In this document: in pieces, positions 29,056-39,096 of the stretch
Layout of the letters: each line of letters starts with the position of its first letter
Numbering within the stretch: the stretch's first letter is position 1
Origin: a bacterium
Lineage (GTDB): Bacteria > UBA8248
NCBI GenBank assembly: GCA_965219955.1
Contig: OZ244799.1
Span: 1,376,001 to 1,440,000 of the forward strand
Reading direction: 5' to 3'
DNA: 64,000 bases
Notes under the pieces: generated by a model
Database searches by the model: none
Seen by the model: the letters and a program-made list of their open reading frames with translations, nothing else
Told to the model about the DNA's origin: nothing
Made by a program: the position numbers and the translations under genes

Positions 29056-30861
29056 CTACCGGAACGCCGCGTCGATGCCCAGCTCGCGGAGCTGGAGACG
29101 TTCGACAGAGGCCGGCGCGCCGGTCATCAGGCAGGTGGCTTTCTGGGTCTTGGGAAACGCGATGACGTCGCGGATGGATGGCGCGCCCGTCAGCAGCATC
29201 ATGATGCGGTCCAGGCCGAACGCGATCCCCCCGTGGGGCGGCGTGCCGAACTCGAGCGCCTCCATGAAGAAGCCGAAACGCCGCTGCGCTTCTTCCTCGT
29301 CCATGTCCAGGGCGGCGAACATCTTCTGCTGCACCTCGCGCTGGTGGATACGCTGGCTGCCGCCGCCGATCTCGCTTCCGTTCACGACCATGTCGTAGGC
29401 CTGGGAGCGGATGGCGCCGGGGTCGGAATCGAACAGACTGGCGTCCTCGGGCACGGGCGCCGTGAAGGGGTGGTGGAGCGCGTGATACCGCTTCTCCGCC
29501 TCGTCGTATTCCAGAAGCGGGAAATCCACGACCCAGCAGAAATCGAATTCCCCGTCGTCGCGGGAGACGAGGCCGAGACGCGCGCCGATTTCATCGCGCA
29601 GATGCCCCAGCACCGACGCGCTCACGGCAGGGGCGTCGGCCACCATCATCAGCAAGTCACCGACTTCCACGCCCGCTCTCGCGCCTATCTCCTCCAACTG
29701 GCCGTCGAGGAAGAACTTGGTGATGTTCGACTCATACCCGTTTTCCGTGCGCTTCGCCCAGGCGAGGCCGCCCGCGCCCAGCTCCTGCGCGCGCGCGATG
29801 ATGTCGTCAATCTCTTTTCGCGAGGCCGACGCCATGCCCGGCCCCGCCATGGCGCGCGCCACGCCCCCTTTTTCCACCGCTCCCTTGAACACCTTGAACT
29901 CGCTCGCCCCCGCGACGTCGGTGATGGTGGCCAGCTTCATGCCGAAGCGCCTGTCCGGCCTGTCGGTCCCATACTGCGCTATCGCCTCCGCGTAGGGGAC
30001 CCGCTCGAAGGGCGTCTCGATCTCGACCCCGCCCACCTCCTTCCATATCCGGGCCACCAGACCTTCCATGAGGCCGAAGAAGGTATCGCGGTTCAGGAAG
30101 GAGCATTCGACGTCGATCTGCGTGAACTCGGGTTGCCTGTCGGCGCGCAGGTCCTCGTCCCGGAAGCATTTGACGATCTGGTAGTAGCGATCGAAACCGG
30201 CGACCATGAGAATCTGCTTGAACATCTGGGGACTCTGGGGGAGCGCGAAGAAACTCCCGCGCGCGAGGCGGCTCGGCACCAGATAATCCCTCGCCCCCTC
30301 GGGCGTGCTTCGGGTGAGCACCGGGGTTTCCACGTCGACGAAGTGGTTTTCCGTCAGGAAATTGCGGATCACCTGGGTCGCCTGATGACGTTTGATGAAG
30401 TTCTCGCGCAAGGTGGAGCGCCTGAGATCCAGGTAGCGGTACTGGAGGCGCAGCGCTTCGCCGGCGTCGGAATCGTCTTCTATCTCGAAGGGCGGCGTTC
30501 TCGCCTCGCTCAGGACTTCGAGCTTCGTGATCCGGACCTCGATTTCGCCGGTGTCGAGACCCGGGTTCGCCATCCCCTCGGGGCGTCCAATGACGACCCC
30601 CTGAACGGCGAGCACCCACTCGCCGCGCACCCGCTCGGCGAGCGCGTGGGACGCCTCGTCATAAGAGGGGTCGGCCACCACCTGGGTGACGCCGTAGCGG
30701 TCACGCAGGTCGATGAAAATCAGCCCGCCGTGGTCGCGGTTCGACCCCGCCCAGCCCATGAGGACGACCTCTGCGCCGACGTCCGATGCGCGAAGCGCTC
30801 CGCAGTCGTGGGTTCTTCCTTTTTCCACAAGTTCACTCAAGATTTCTTGTCCTTTATTCAT
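29056..30861 (-). CDS. aspS: Aspartate--tRNA ligase, probably non-discriminating (Asp/Asn)
   Basis: RDHGG, RPEG, STPEGARDYLVP, CFRDEDLRADRQPEFTQ, PPHGGIAFGLDR; His in RDHGG and Gly in RPEG match non-discriminating enzymes; start could be TTG 30840. Confidence 0.96.
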   Translation of the reverse strand: MNKGQEILSELVEKGRTHDCGALRASDVGAEVVLMGWAGSNRDHGGLIFIDLRDRYGVTQVVADPSYDEASHALAERVRGEWVLAVQGVVIGRPEGMANPGLDTGEIEVRITKLEVLSEARTPPFEIEDDSDAGEALRLQYRYLDLRRSTLRENFIKRHQATQVIRNFLTENHFVDVETPVLTRSTPEGARDYLVPSRLARGSFFALPQSPQMFKQILMVAGFDRYYQIVKCFRDEDLRADRQPEFTQIDVECSFLNRDTFFGLMEGLVARIWKEVGGVEIETPFERVPYAEAIAQYGTDRPDRRFGMKLATITDVAGASEFKVFKGAVEKGGVARAMAGPGMASASRKEIDDIIARAQELGAGGLAWAKRTENGYESNITKFFLDGQLEEIGARAGVEVGDLLMMVADAPAVSASVLGHLRDEIGARLGLVSRDDGEFDFCWVVDFPLLEYDEAEKRYHALHHPFTAPVPEDASLFDSDPGAIRSQAYDMVVNGSEIGGGSQRIHQREVQQKMFAALDMDEEEAQRRFGFFMEALEFGTPPHGGIAFGLDRIMMLLTGAPSIRDVIAFPKTQKATCLMTGAPASVERLQLRELGIDAAFR

Positions 30862-30925
30862 GCCTGTGCTTCAATTTACGAATCTCCTCACTGGCGCGGG
30901 AGCGTATAAGCTTCGCATCAGGAAT

Positions 30926-32173
30926 TCAAGCATCCTGCGCCCGCCTCTTCATTATACGGGAAAGCCAGACGATTCCGCCCAGGCCGATCCAGACGGCCAC
31001 GCCCACCGACGCCCAGGCCGCCGTCCATTCCGTCGGCAGGACCTCGCCCCGGGAATCGGGGTTCGTGACGTCCAGAATGTAGCCCACCTCGATGGAGGAG
31101 AGCGCGCCGAACAGGAAGCCGAACCCGGCGAGGCAGCCCAGCGCCGTGCCCAGGTGGCGTTTGGGCGCGATTTCGCTCATCACGACCAGGAAAACGGACG
31201 CATCCGCAGCCATCGTCACCGCCCACACCAGCAACACGATCAGCAGAAGCGGAATCGGCGCGTGGAATAGAAAACCGATCCCGTACGTCATCGCGCCGCT
31301 TAAGAGCAGACTCCACCCGATGCTCGGAAGCCGCCCGAACCTGTCCGCCGACCACGCGCCGATAAAATTCGAAAAAGCCGAAATCGCGATCATGAACGCC
31401 AGGGCCGTCGCGGCGTTGTCCACGGCGTCACCTCTCGGAAGGCCGTGCGCGATGAACGCCGCAGCCAGGAACGTGACGCCCCAGCCCCTGAAGGCGAACA
31501 TCTCCCAGCGGTGCATGACGTAGGAGCCGATGAGCACCCAGCACCTGAGCGGCAGGCGCGGAAAGGCAAATTTCTCCCCGCTTCCCGACTCCTCCCTTCC
31601 GGGGTCGGGCACCCAGAGCAGCACCATGAAGATGCCGACGACGGGACCGAGCGAACCCACGGCGAAGGTGAAGCGCCAGCCGAAATCGGGAAGCAGGTAA
31701 CCCGTCAGGAACATCGAGACCGACACGCTGAAGGTAAAGAAAAAAGCGTAGCCAGAAACCGTCTTCGCCCTCAAGGCCGCCGATGCGTGTTCGGCCACGA
31801 TTCGCAGGCCCGGCCCGAACACGCCCGCAAGCCCCACCCCGCAGGCGCACCGCAGCAGTGCGGCCGTCCAGAGACCTTCGGCGAAGAAAGGGAACATGAG
31901 GTTCGTGAGGCCAAGCCAGGCGGCCGAGAAGAGATAGATCGTCCTCGCGCTGAAATAATCCGTCGCCCCGGTGAGCACGGCGGAGGCGACAACGTAGCCG
32001 ACGTAAAACATGAAATAGATGAAACCGGCATCGGCATTGGTGAGGGACCATTCCGCCTTCAGTATCGGGATGGCGGTCGGGTAGTTGGCGTAGACCAGCA
32101 TGATGGGAAGCTGGGAGAAGCTCAAAATCCACAGGGATGCCTGACTGAGACGCGCTTTTCGGGGATTGTCCAT
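30926..32173 (-). CDS. MFS transporter
   Basis: About 12 hydrophobic helices, GAWSADRFGR motif-A repeat. Confidence 0.88.
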   Translation of the reverse strand: MDNPRKARLSQASLWILSFSQLPIMLVYANYPTAIPILKAEWSLTNADAGFIYFMFYVGYVVASAVLTGATDYFSARTIYLFSAAWLGLTNLMFPFFAEGLWTAALLRCACGVGLAGVFGPGLRIVAEHASAALRAKTVSGYAFFFTFSVSVSMFLTGYLLPDFGWRFTFAVGSLGPVVGIFMVLLWVPDPGREESGSGEKFAFPRLPLRCWVLIGSYVMHRWEMFAFRGWGVTFLAAAFIAHGLPRGDAVDNAATALAFMIAISAFSNFIGAWSADRFGRLPSIGWSLLLSGAMTYGIGFLFHAPIPLLLIVLLVWAVTMAADASVFLVVMSEIAPKRHLGTALGCLAGFGFLFGALSSIEVGYILDVTNPDSRGEVLPTEWTAAWASVGVAVWIGLGGIVWLSRIMKRRAQDA

Positions 32174-32200
32174 GGATTCTGCGATCGGTTTACTCTCTGT

Positions 32201-33199
32201 CTAGGCGAAATCGTTTGCCCAAATCTTCTTGAGCTCCTGCATTTCATCTCCCCTCAGCGGATCGGCGTCCGCACCGGCGAGGACTTCTGCGAGCTGTTCC
32301 TCGCCCGAGAAACCCACCAGCGCGCAGGAGACCTCTTCATGCATCAGGACGAACCGCATCGCCGCCTGCGCAAGCGTGCATCCCTCGCGGACGAGAAACG
32401 CGAGCTTCTTCGCGCGCGCCGCGTCCTTGTCGTATTCCGAACCGAGCGAGAGAACCGGCGGGCGATCGTCCAGAAAACCCAGCAGATTCGGCTCCGCCGT
32501 CAGCGCGCCGAGCGCCAGGGCGCGAATCGCCAGCACCCCCATCCCCATCTTTGCTGCGCGCTCGATGAGCAGGCCGTAATCCACCGCGCTGAAACCCTCG
32601 GGCACCGGATAGGCCGCGCTCGGGTTGAGCAGGTTGAAATACGCCTGCACCGTGTGGAACTCGCCGCTGTCGACCATCTCGGCCAGCGAGGCGGGATGCC
32701 CGATGCCGGTGAACCCGAAAAAGCGCACGAGCCCGCGCTCGCGCAATCTCTTAAAGCCATCGAGCACGCCGCCTGCGCGATAGATATCGGAGAGATCGAA
32801 GGCCACCTCCCCCACCGGCCAGTTCCGCTCGGGGGCCACGTAGTTGTGGATCTGGATCAGGTCGACGTGGGGTCGGCCCAGCCGCTCGAGACTCTTCTCC
32901 ACCGAGGCGACAACCGCCGCTTCGGGCGCTTCACGCTCCTCGGCGGTGAGGCGGATCTTCGTCGTGAGGACGACTTCGGCCCCCAGGCGATTGAGCGCGG
33001 CGCCCAGGTTGGCTTCGGATTTCCCGCTCCCGTAGCCCATCGCCGTATCGAAGAAGTTCACGCCCCCGTCCAGCGCGCCGCGCACCGCGCGAAGCTGCGC
33101 CTCGCCGTCGTCGCCCACCATGAGGCGGCTGATGCCGCCCGTGCCGAAACCTATCCCGGACACCGGGATGCCCGTATTCCCCAGGGTGCGCCTGCGCAT
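32201..33199 (-). CDS. Aldo/keto reductase
   Basis: RTLGNTG, GVNFFDTAMGYG..SE, SLERL...DLIQIH; ATG 33199 with GAGGA upstream. Confidence 0.92.
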   Translation of the reverse strand: MRRRTLGNTGIPVSGIGFGTGGISRLMVGDDGEAQLRAVRGALDGGVNFFDTAMGYGSGKSEANLGAALNRLGAEVVLTTKIRLTAEEREAPEAAVVASVEKSLERLGRPHVDLIQIHNYVAPERNWPVGEVAFDLSDIYRAGGVLDGFKRLRERGLVRFFGFTGIGHPASLAEMVDSGEFHTVQAYFNLLNPSAAYPVPEGFSAVDYGLLIERAAKMGMGVLAIRALALGALTAEPNLLGFLDDRPPVLSLGSEYDKDAARAKKLAFLVREGCTLAQAAMRFVLMHEEVSCALVGFSGEEQLAEVLAGADADPLRGDEMQELKKIWANDFA

Positions 33200-33276
33200 C
33201 GTCTTCCTCTTTATAAAATTTCTCCATACGTCCGGGGCGAAGCCTACCACGAGCGGGCGAACAGGCGAAGGAGAAC

Positions 33277-33577
33277 GGGGTTGTCGAAAAAGTCATGATT
33301 TCGTGATTCGGTGATGGCGCCGACTGAAGAGGGTTGAAACGATGGGACTGTAGGGGCGGTTCGCGAACCGCCCCTACGGGCGAATGCGGTTTTGTTCGTC
33401 ATTCCGGCGAAAGCCGGAATCCATTTGCGGGTGCGGGGGAATGAGCGGGGACGTTTCATTCCCCACCGATGCGCAGGAACCCTGATGAAAGGCAAAAGGC
33501 GTAAAAATGGATTCCGGCTTTCGCCGGAATGACGGCGGTGGTCAATTCCGGGCGAGGAGGACTTTTTCAACAACCTC
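33277..33577. mobile_element. Composite MITE-like element E1: TIR shell + GTAG palindrome + paired CGTC arms
   Basis: Ends GGGGTTGTCGAAAAAGTC / GACTTTTTCAACAACCTC; 28-bp palindrome GTAGGGGCGGTTCGCGAACCGCCCCTAC at 33350-33377; inverted arms starting at 33397 and ending at 33534; homologous along its length to 38732-39037. Confidence 0.85.
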
Positions 33578-33665
33578 ACTCGCCAGCCTCATGCGCAACT
33601 CTTACCTCGTCCCAAACAGGTCCGGCGGCGCGCCGTAGGGACAGGCTCCGCCGTTCTCCGACACC

Positions 33666-33910
33666 CCTCATCCTGAGTAGGCGCGTAAGCGCCGTATCGA
33701 AGGTCAAACGTGATTGATGAATGAGCGTTTGCTCTCGTCCTGAGCGAGCCCCTCGCCCTTCGATACGCGGCTTCGCCGCTACTCAGGGTGAGGAAGGTGG
33801 GGGGACGGCGGAGCCTGCCCCGAGCGGAGTCGAGGGGGCGGCTACTCAGGGTGAGGAAAGAGACGTTGGCGGTTTGCGGGGATCGCAGACGGAATTTTCA
33901 CCAACGCCGG
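33666..33910. repeat. Palindromic repeat family D (CCTCATCCTGAGTAG...CGTATCGAAGG / CCTTCGATACG...CTACTCAGGGTGAGG)
   Basis: Inverted arms 33666-33703 and 33757-33793, second right end finishing at 33856; arms and the following ~50 bp tail resemble 50687-50855. Confidence 0.8.
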
Positions 33911-33967
33911 AATGCGCGCGCGGCGCATTTTGATGTAGGATGGGCGTATTCATTACATGGAGAGAAC

Positions 33968-36493
33968 GTGCACCCCCTGCATCTGCTGGCGATTGGGTAC
34001 ATAGCGGGTTTGCTGACGGGCGGGCTTTCCTTCGACTTCGAGCGGGGAGACGCGGCCTCCACCCTCACCGCCGCGCTCGTCCTGGCCTTCTCGATCCTGC
34101 TCGCCATGAGCCGCCGCATCCGGGGGAAGAGGCAGCGCGTCCTCGCGGCGCTCCTCCTGCTCCTGGGATTCGCCGCCTCTATCGCCGCCCCCGCGCTCCA
34201 TCGCGGCGCCACGCCTGCGCATCACTTGCTGCGGCACATCCCCTACGAGCGCATGAACGTCACGGGCCACCTCTCCCGGCCCGTGGAGCGAAACGACGGC
34301 GAGACGCCCAGACCGCGCATCTACCTCGACGCCGAGCGCGCCCTCATCCGCGGCGTCGAGGTTCCCATGACCGGCGTCGTGCGGATCACGCTGGCCTCGC
34401 GGCTCGAAAAGGTTCCAGAAGTCGGCGACAGGCTGCTCATCCGGCGCGTGCGTCTCAACCCTCCCGAGCGCTTCAAGAACCCAGGCGCGTTCGACTACCG
34501 GGAATTCCTGCGCCTCAGGGGCGTCCACGCCGTCGGCTACAGCTCCGTGCGCAACCTTCACGTTTTAGAGCCAAGGGAAAAATGGGGCTGGCGGCGGCTT
34601 CTGTTTCAATTCCGCGAGCGCATGAGCGCCCACATACACGCCGTCTACCCCGACCGCGCCGCCGGTTTGATCGAAGCGATGACCATCGGCCTGCGCGAGG
34701 GGCTCGACCTTGATCTCAAAGACGCCTTCAGGAGATCGGGGGCTGCGCACCTGCTCGCCATCAGCGGCCTGCACGTGGGCTTCATCGCCGCCTTTTTCTT
34801 CTTCTTTCTCCAGGGTCTTCTCCGCAGGTTCCCGCCCCGGGTTTTTCCCCTGCGCCCGTTCGTGCTCACGCCGTCCAAACTCGCATCGCTCGGCGTCATC
34901 CCCCTCGTGATCCTCTTTGCGCTTCTGAGCGGGGCGCGGATTTCCACCGTGCGCGCCACGATCATGATCGTCGCCTACCTCCTCACCCGGCTCCTGGAGC
35001 GGCCGGGAAGCGCGATCCATTCCGTCCTGCTTGCCGCCCTGATCATCCTGCTGGCGGAGCCCGGCTTCATCTGGGACGTGGGCTTCCAGCTCTCCTTCGT
35101 GGCGGTGAGCGCCATTATCCTGGCGGCGGACAGGCTCCCGCGGCCCGAGGCGCGCCTGAGAATCTGGGAGAAAGCGTGGTGGCTGGCGCGGGCGCATCAA
35201 CTCGCCATCATCCAGCTGGTCGTCACCGCGGCGATCACGCCGCTCACGGCGCTGCATTTCCATCAGGCGCACCCCATCGGCCTGGTTGTGAATTTTCTGC
35301 TCATTCCGGTCGCCTCGCTGCTCGTGCCCCTCTCCTTCGTAACGAGCGCCCTCGCTGTGGTCTTGCCGGCGGCCGGAGCCGCGCTCCTGCTTCCCGCCAC
35401 GTGGCTCACCGGCGCCCTCGCTGGGTTCATGATCTTCGTATCGACTTATTCCTCCGAAATCCCCTGGGCCAGCATCGTCGCGCCGAGTCCCCAGGTCTGG
35501 CTCATCGCCTCGGTCTACGCCCTCATGGCTTTCGCACTGCGCTCAAGACGGGCGCGGAGGCGGCGTTTCGCCTGGGCGGGCGTGTGCGGCCTGACGGTCT
35601 TCCTGCTCCTCCCCGACGCCGGCGCACGGCCCGTGATTCCAAAGCGCACCACGCTGCTCCTGCCCGACGCCGGGAGCTTGGACGCCTTTTTCCTGCGCCT
35701 GCCGGACGGAAAGGGCCTGGCGGTCGACGCTTCCGGCAAACGGGCGGGCGGCTTCAACGCCTGGGGCAACGTGCTCGCTCCCCTGATGCGCCGGGAGAAT
35801 GAGTTGAGCTGGCACGCGATGCTCAGCCTCTCCAGGTATCCCAAAGACCGGCTCGCCGCGAACGCGTTCGCCACAGGCATACGGGTCGATAACTTGCTTC
35901 GCATCAGCGACCTCGGCGCTTCCGCGCCATATCGTTCCCGCATCAGGAGGCGGCGGCGTTCTCCCCGCACCGTCTGGCGGATGAGCGGAGGCGGAGCGCG
36001 GGTTTCCCTGCGTTCCTGGAGAGGAGGCGCGACGGGATTCGAGGTCGAAAGCCCCCGCTCCCGCTGGCTGCTCATGCTGCCCTCGAAATATCCGGCTTTC
36101 GACGCCAGGTGGTTTCGGGGCAAGAGATACGACCTCGTGCGCCTGCCCGAGGGCCTGCTCAGAAAACGGGAAGTGCTCGACTGGCTCGAAGCGCGTCCGC
36201 CCCGCGCCGTCGTGGCCACTCCCCAAAGGGTGAAATGGATGCGGACCGACCTGTGGCGGGAAACGAGGAGACGGCAGAGAAGACTGGGAGTCTACCGCCC
36301 CTGGCGCGGCGGGATGCTCCGCGTCCAGGCAGGCGGCGAAGGTGATGCGGCGCGCATTTCCGTCGAGCGATACCGCGCGGCCGAAGCCTGGCCGGGGAGC
36401 GATGCTGCGCGGTGGACCGCGTTCCGCAGGAGCCTCGTCCCTGAATTTTCAAGCCGTGAAAAGAGGAAACGCAGAACCGCTTACGACCGGTGA
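33968..36493 (+). CDS. comEC: ComEC/Rec2 family DNA uptake channel protein
   Basis: NPGAFDYREFL, GAAHLLAISGLHVG, STVRATIM, GFQLSF; start placed at GTG 33968 (GGAGAG upstream) because the upstream extension is repeat sequence. Confidence 0.9.
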   Translation: MHPLHLLAIGYIAGLLTGGLSFDFERGDAASTLTAALVLAFSILLAMSRRIRGKRQRVLAALLLLLGFAASIAAPALHRGATPAHHLLRHIPYERMNVTGHLSRPVERNDGETPRPRIYLDAERALIRGVEVPMTGVVRITLASRLEKVPEVGDRLLIRRVRLNPPERFKNPGAFDYREFLRLRGVHAVGYSSVRNLHVLEPREKWGWRRLLFQFRERMSAHIHAVYPDRAAGLIEAMTIGLREGLDLDLKDAFRRSGAAHLLAISGLHVGFIAAFFFFFLQGLLRRFPPRVFPLRPFVLTPSKLASLGVIPLVILFALLSGARISTVRATIMIVAYLLTRLLERPGSAIHSVLLAALIILLAEPGFIWDVGFQLSFVAVSAIILAADRLPRPEARLRIWEKAWWLARAHQLAIIQLVVTAAITPLTALHFHQAHPIGLVVNFLLIPVASLLVPLSFVTSALAVVLPAAGAALLLPATWLTGALAGFMIFVSTYSSEIPWASIVAPSPQVWLIASVYALMAFALRSRRARRRRFAWAGVCGLTVFLLLPDAGARPVIPKRTTLLLPDAGSLDAFFLRLPDGKGLAVDASGKRAGGFNAWGNVLAPLMRRENELSWHAMLSLSRYPKDRLAANAFATGIRVDNLLRISDLGASAPYRSRIRRRRRSPRTVWRMSGGGARVSLRSWRGGATGFEVESPRSRWLLMLPSKYPAFDARWFRGKRYDLVRLPEGLLRKREVLDWLEARPPRAVVATPQRVKWMRTDLWRETRRRQRRLGVYRPWRGGMLRVQAGGEGDAARISVERYRAAEAWPGSDAARWTAFRRSLVPEFSSREKRKRRTAYDR

Positions 36494-36513
36494 GACGAAC
36501 AGGGAGCGGGAAA

Positions 36514-36720
36514 GGGGTTGTTGAAAAAGGCTGTTTCGGGGTCGGCGGCATGGAGGTTCACGCGGCGCAGGAGCGATGGTTTTGTAGGGACAGGCCTCCG
36601 TGCCTGTCCTGACGAAAGGCAACCACGGAGGGCAGGACAGGCACGGAGGCCTGTCCCTACGGTGAACAATTCGATAATAGGGATTCCCTCCCTCCTCATG
36701 GGGACTTTCTCAACAATCCC
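36514..36720. mobile_element. MITE-like element E2: TIR shell carrying a GTAG-type REP doublet
   Basis: Ends GGGGTTGTTGAAAAAG / CTTTCTCAACAATCCC; perfect 28-bp inverted repeat GTAGGGACAGGCCTCCGTGCCTGTCCTG at 36584-36611 and 36633-36660; lies between convergent genes. Confidence 0.82.
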
Positions 36721-36735
36721 GCAAAAAACCTCGAA

Positions 36736-38439
36736 TCAGTCGCCCGCATCGGGCGGCGGCGCGGTGGCGGCCCCGCCCCGGAAGGATTTCACCGTCCGCG
36801 TCCACCGGGAGGAGAGCACGTCGCGATCTATAGGGCAGTCGATGACGTGAACGCCGCCCCCCGACTGCGCATCGCGAATGGCGCTCCCCAACGCCTCCGC
36901 CGATCCCACGCGATGGCCATGCGCGCCGAAAGCGCGCGCGAGATCCGGGAAATCGGGGTTGTTGAGCGAGGTGGCGATGTAGCGCTCATTGAACACGTGC
37001 TTTTGCGAGTGTCTGAGCGCGTTGTATTCCCCGTCGTTGAAAATAAGATAGGTGACGGACAAACCGAGCGCCGTCGCCGTGGCGAGTTCACCGCAGGTCA
37101 TGGTGAAGCTGCCGTCTCCCACGATCGCGCACACCGGCCGCTCGGGCGCTCCGAGCTTCGCCCCGATAGCCGCGCCTATGGCGTAGCCCATCGACTGGTA
37201 GGCTTCCGAGAGCAGGATGCTCCGGGGGCGGTGAATCGTAAACGCCTGCTCCATGAGCCAGCTCTGGGTGGCGGAGGAATCGGAGATGAAAATCGTATCG
37301 GGCGAGGTGTTCTCGCGCAGCGTCTTCATCACGAAAAGACCATGAAACGGCGGCTCGGCGGGTTCCGCCAAAAACGAGCGCAGCCTCTCCTCATAGCGCC
37401 GCTTTCCCTCGCGCACGCGGACGTGACCTTCGGTGAGGGCGACGTCCTCCGCGTCTGCGATTCGCCTGAGCAGGCCCTCGAGCGCGGGCTTGAGATCACC
37501 CACCAGGCCCAGCGATGCCGGGTAATTCCGCCCGATGCGCTCGGGGTCGATGTCGATTTGAACGAGGTTCTTCGGCATCGGCGCCTTGAAGTAAAAGGTG
37601 GCGAACTGCCCGAAGCCCGTCCCTAAGGCCAGACACGAATCCGCCTCTTCGAGCATCTCCTCACAGCCCAGGAAGTGCACGAGGCCGAAGGAGAGCGGGT
37701 CGGCTTCCGAGAGAATCCCCCTCCCCTTCACGGAGGTGACGACGGGCGCGCCGAGCCTGGAAGCGAGAAACTGCACCTCCCTCTCGCAGCGGGCGGTCAC
37801 AACGCCGTTTCCCGCATAGATCACCGGGCGTTTGGCGGCCAGGAGCGATTCTGCGATCTCATCGAGCGCACGCTCGTCGACGGGGGGTGCTGCCGGCGGC
37901 CCCTCGAATTCGGGCCCTGCGATCACCCGCTCCTCTTCGGCCTGAAACAGGTCCGCCTTCATCACCACCTGGACAGGCCCCGGCCTTCCCGCCGCCGCCC
38001 AGCGGAACGCCGCCTCCACGGCGGGCGCTATGCCTGCGACCGAATCGGGCGTGAACGATTTTTTGACGCAAGCACCGAGCGCCTTTTCCATGTCCACGTC
38101 GTGGATGGCGCTCCTGTTCCGCATGTTGTCGGCGAGGGTGGCCGTCACCGCGACGACGGGAACGGCATCCTCATAAGCGGAACGAAGCGCGGTGGCGAGG
38201 TTCGTCCCGCCCGGCCCCGGCACGGTGAAGACCACGCCCGTCTCCCCGGACACCTTGGCGTAGCCGTCCGCCGCGAAGCCCGCGCCCTGCTCGTGGCGCG
38301 TGACGATGGGCACAGCGCCCGCGCCGTCGATCATCGCGTCGTAGACCGGCAGCGTGAGCGTGCCCGGAATGCCGAAAATGTATTCCGCGCCGTTTTCCTT
38401 GAGCGCATCGAGCAGGACCTGCGATCCGTTTCGCGCCAC
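36736..38439 (-). CDS. Thiamine pyrophosphate-binding protein (acetolactate synthase-like family)
   Basis: IFGIPG, RHEQGAGFAADGYA, GPGGTN, GRPGPV, GDGSF...NDG; GTG 38439 with GGAGGAG upstream. Confidence 0.92.
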   Translation of the reverse strand: MARNGSQVLLDALKENGAEYIFGIPGTLTLPVYDAMIDGAGAVPIVTRHEQGAGFAADGYAKVSGETGVVFTVPGPGGTNLATALRSAYEDAVPVVAVTATLADNMRNRSAIHDVDMEKALGACVKKSFTPDSVAGIAPAVEAAFRWAAAGRPGPVQVVMKADLFQAEEERVIAGPEFEGPPAAPPVDERALDEIAESLLAAKRPVIYAGNGVVTARCEREVQFLASRLGAPVVTSVKGRGILSEADPLSFGLVHFLGCEEMLEEADSCLALGTGFGQFATFYFKAPMPKNLVQIDIDPERIGRNYPASLGLVGDLKPALEGLLRRIADAEDVALTEGHVRVREGKRRYEERLRSFLAEPAEPPFHGLFVMKTLRENTSPDTIFISDSSATQSWLMEQAFTIHRPRSILLSEAYQSMGYAIGAAIGAKLGAPERPVCAIVGDGSFTMTCGELATATALGLSVTYLIFNDGEYNALRHSQKHVFNERYIATSLNNPDFPDLARAFGAHGHRVGSAEALGSAIRDAQSGGGVHVIDCPIDRDVLSSRWTRTVKSFRGGAATAPPPDAGD

Positions 38440-38480
38440 CTGAAACTCCTCCGGTTTCCTCATAGAAACAAAGCCCGCCA

Positions 38481-38509
38481 AAGCTAGGCGGCATCCGCGC
38501 GCGTGTCAA
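38481..38509 (-). promoter_or_regulatory. sigma70-type promoter for the TPP enzyme gene
   Basis: TTGACA-17 bp-TAGCTT. Confidence 0.6.
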
Positions 38510-38715
38510 CTTCCATCCCCGTTTGCGCGCGCGGGGGGGATGGACTACCTTCTCGACTGATTCATACGGGCGCGCATGGCGGGAGGCGGCGTCAGAAGCA
38601 GCCGGGGTTCGTTGCGAACAAACCCGACTGTGCGGGGGTTGTTCAAAAGCCCTCTTTGGGGGGTCGAGTTTCTCCGCCTCGGAAAACCCGGCGGCAAGAC
38701 GAGCAAAAGCGAGAT

Positions 38716-39053
38716 TCACTCTTTCATTGAGGGAGCTGTTGAAAAAGCCCTGACTTCGTGATTCGGCGTATGAAACCGGCCGGGGAGGGAGGGTTTGACA
38801 CGATGGGATTGTAGGGGCGGTTCGCGAACCGCCCCTACGGGCGAATGCGGTTTTGATCGTCATTCCGGCGAAAGCCGGAATCCATTTGCGGATGCGGGTG
38901 CATGAACGACGGCGTTTCATTCCCCGCCGATGCGCAAGAACCCTGACGAAAGGCAAAAAGCATAAAATGGATTCCGGCTTTCGCCGGAATGACGGGGATG
39001 GCCAATTCCGAGCGAGGAGGGGTTTTTCAACAACCCTCCCAAGGGGGGAGTGA
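38716..39053. mobile_element. Composite element E3: copy of E1 enclosed by family-C half-palindromes
   Basis: Shell GGAGCTGTTGAAAAAGCCC (38732) / GGTTTTTCAACAACCC (39036); GTAG palindrome 38811-38838; arms 38858-38994; outer TCACTCTTTCATTGAGG / CCCAAGGGGGGAGTGA; an extra shell end at about 38634-38652. Confidence 0.82.
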
Positions 39054-39096
39054 TGCCGTCTCGCAGCCGGGCGGCGGGCGCAGAACGGAGAAAGCG

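Noticed and set aside
33481-33510. CTGATGA/CTGACGA in the short cassette (also ~38943 and ~36609) as a hammerhead ribozyme core
   Set aside because: No stem II followed by GAAA and no NUH junction could be built by eye; an Infernal scan would settle it.
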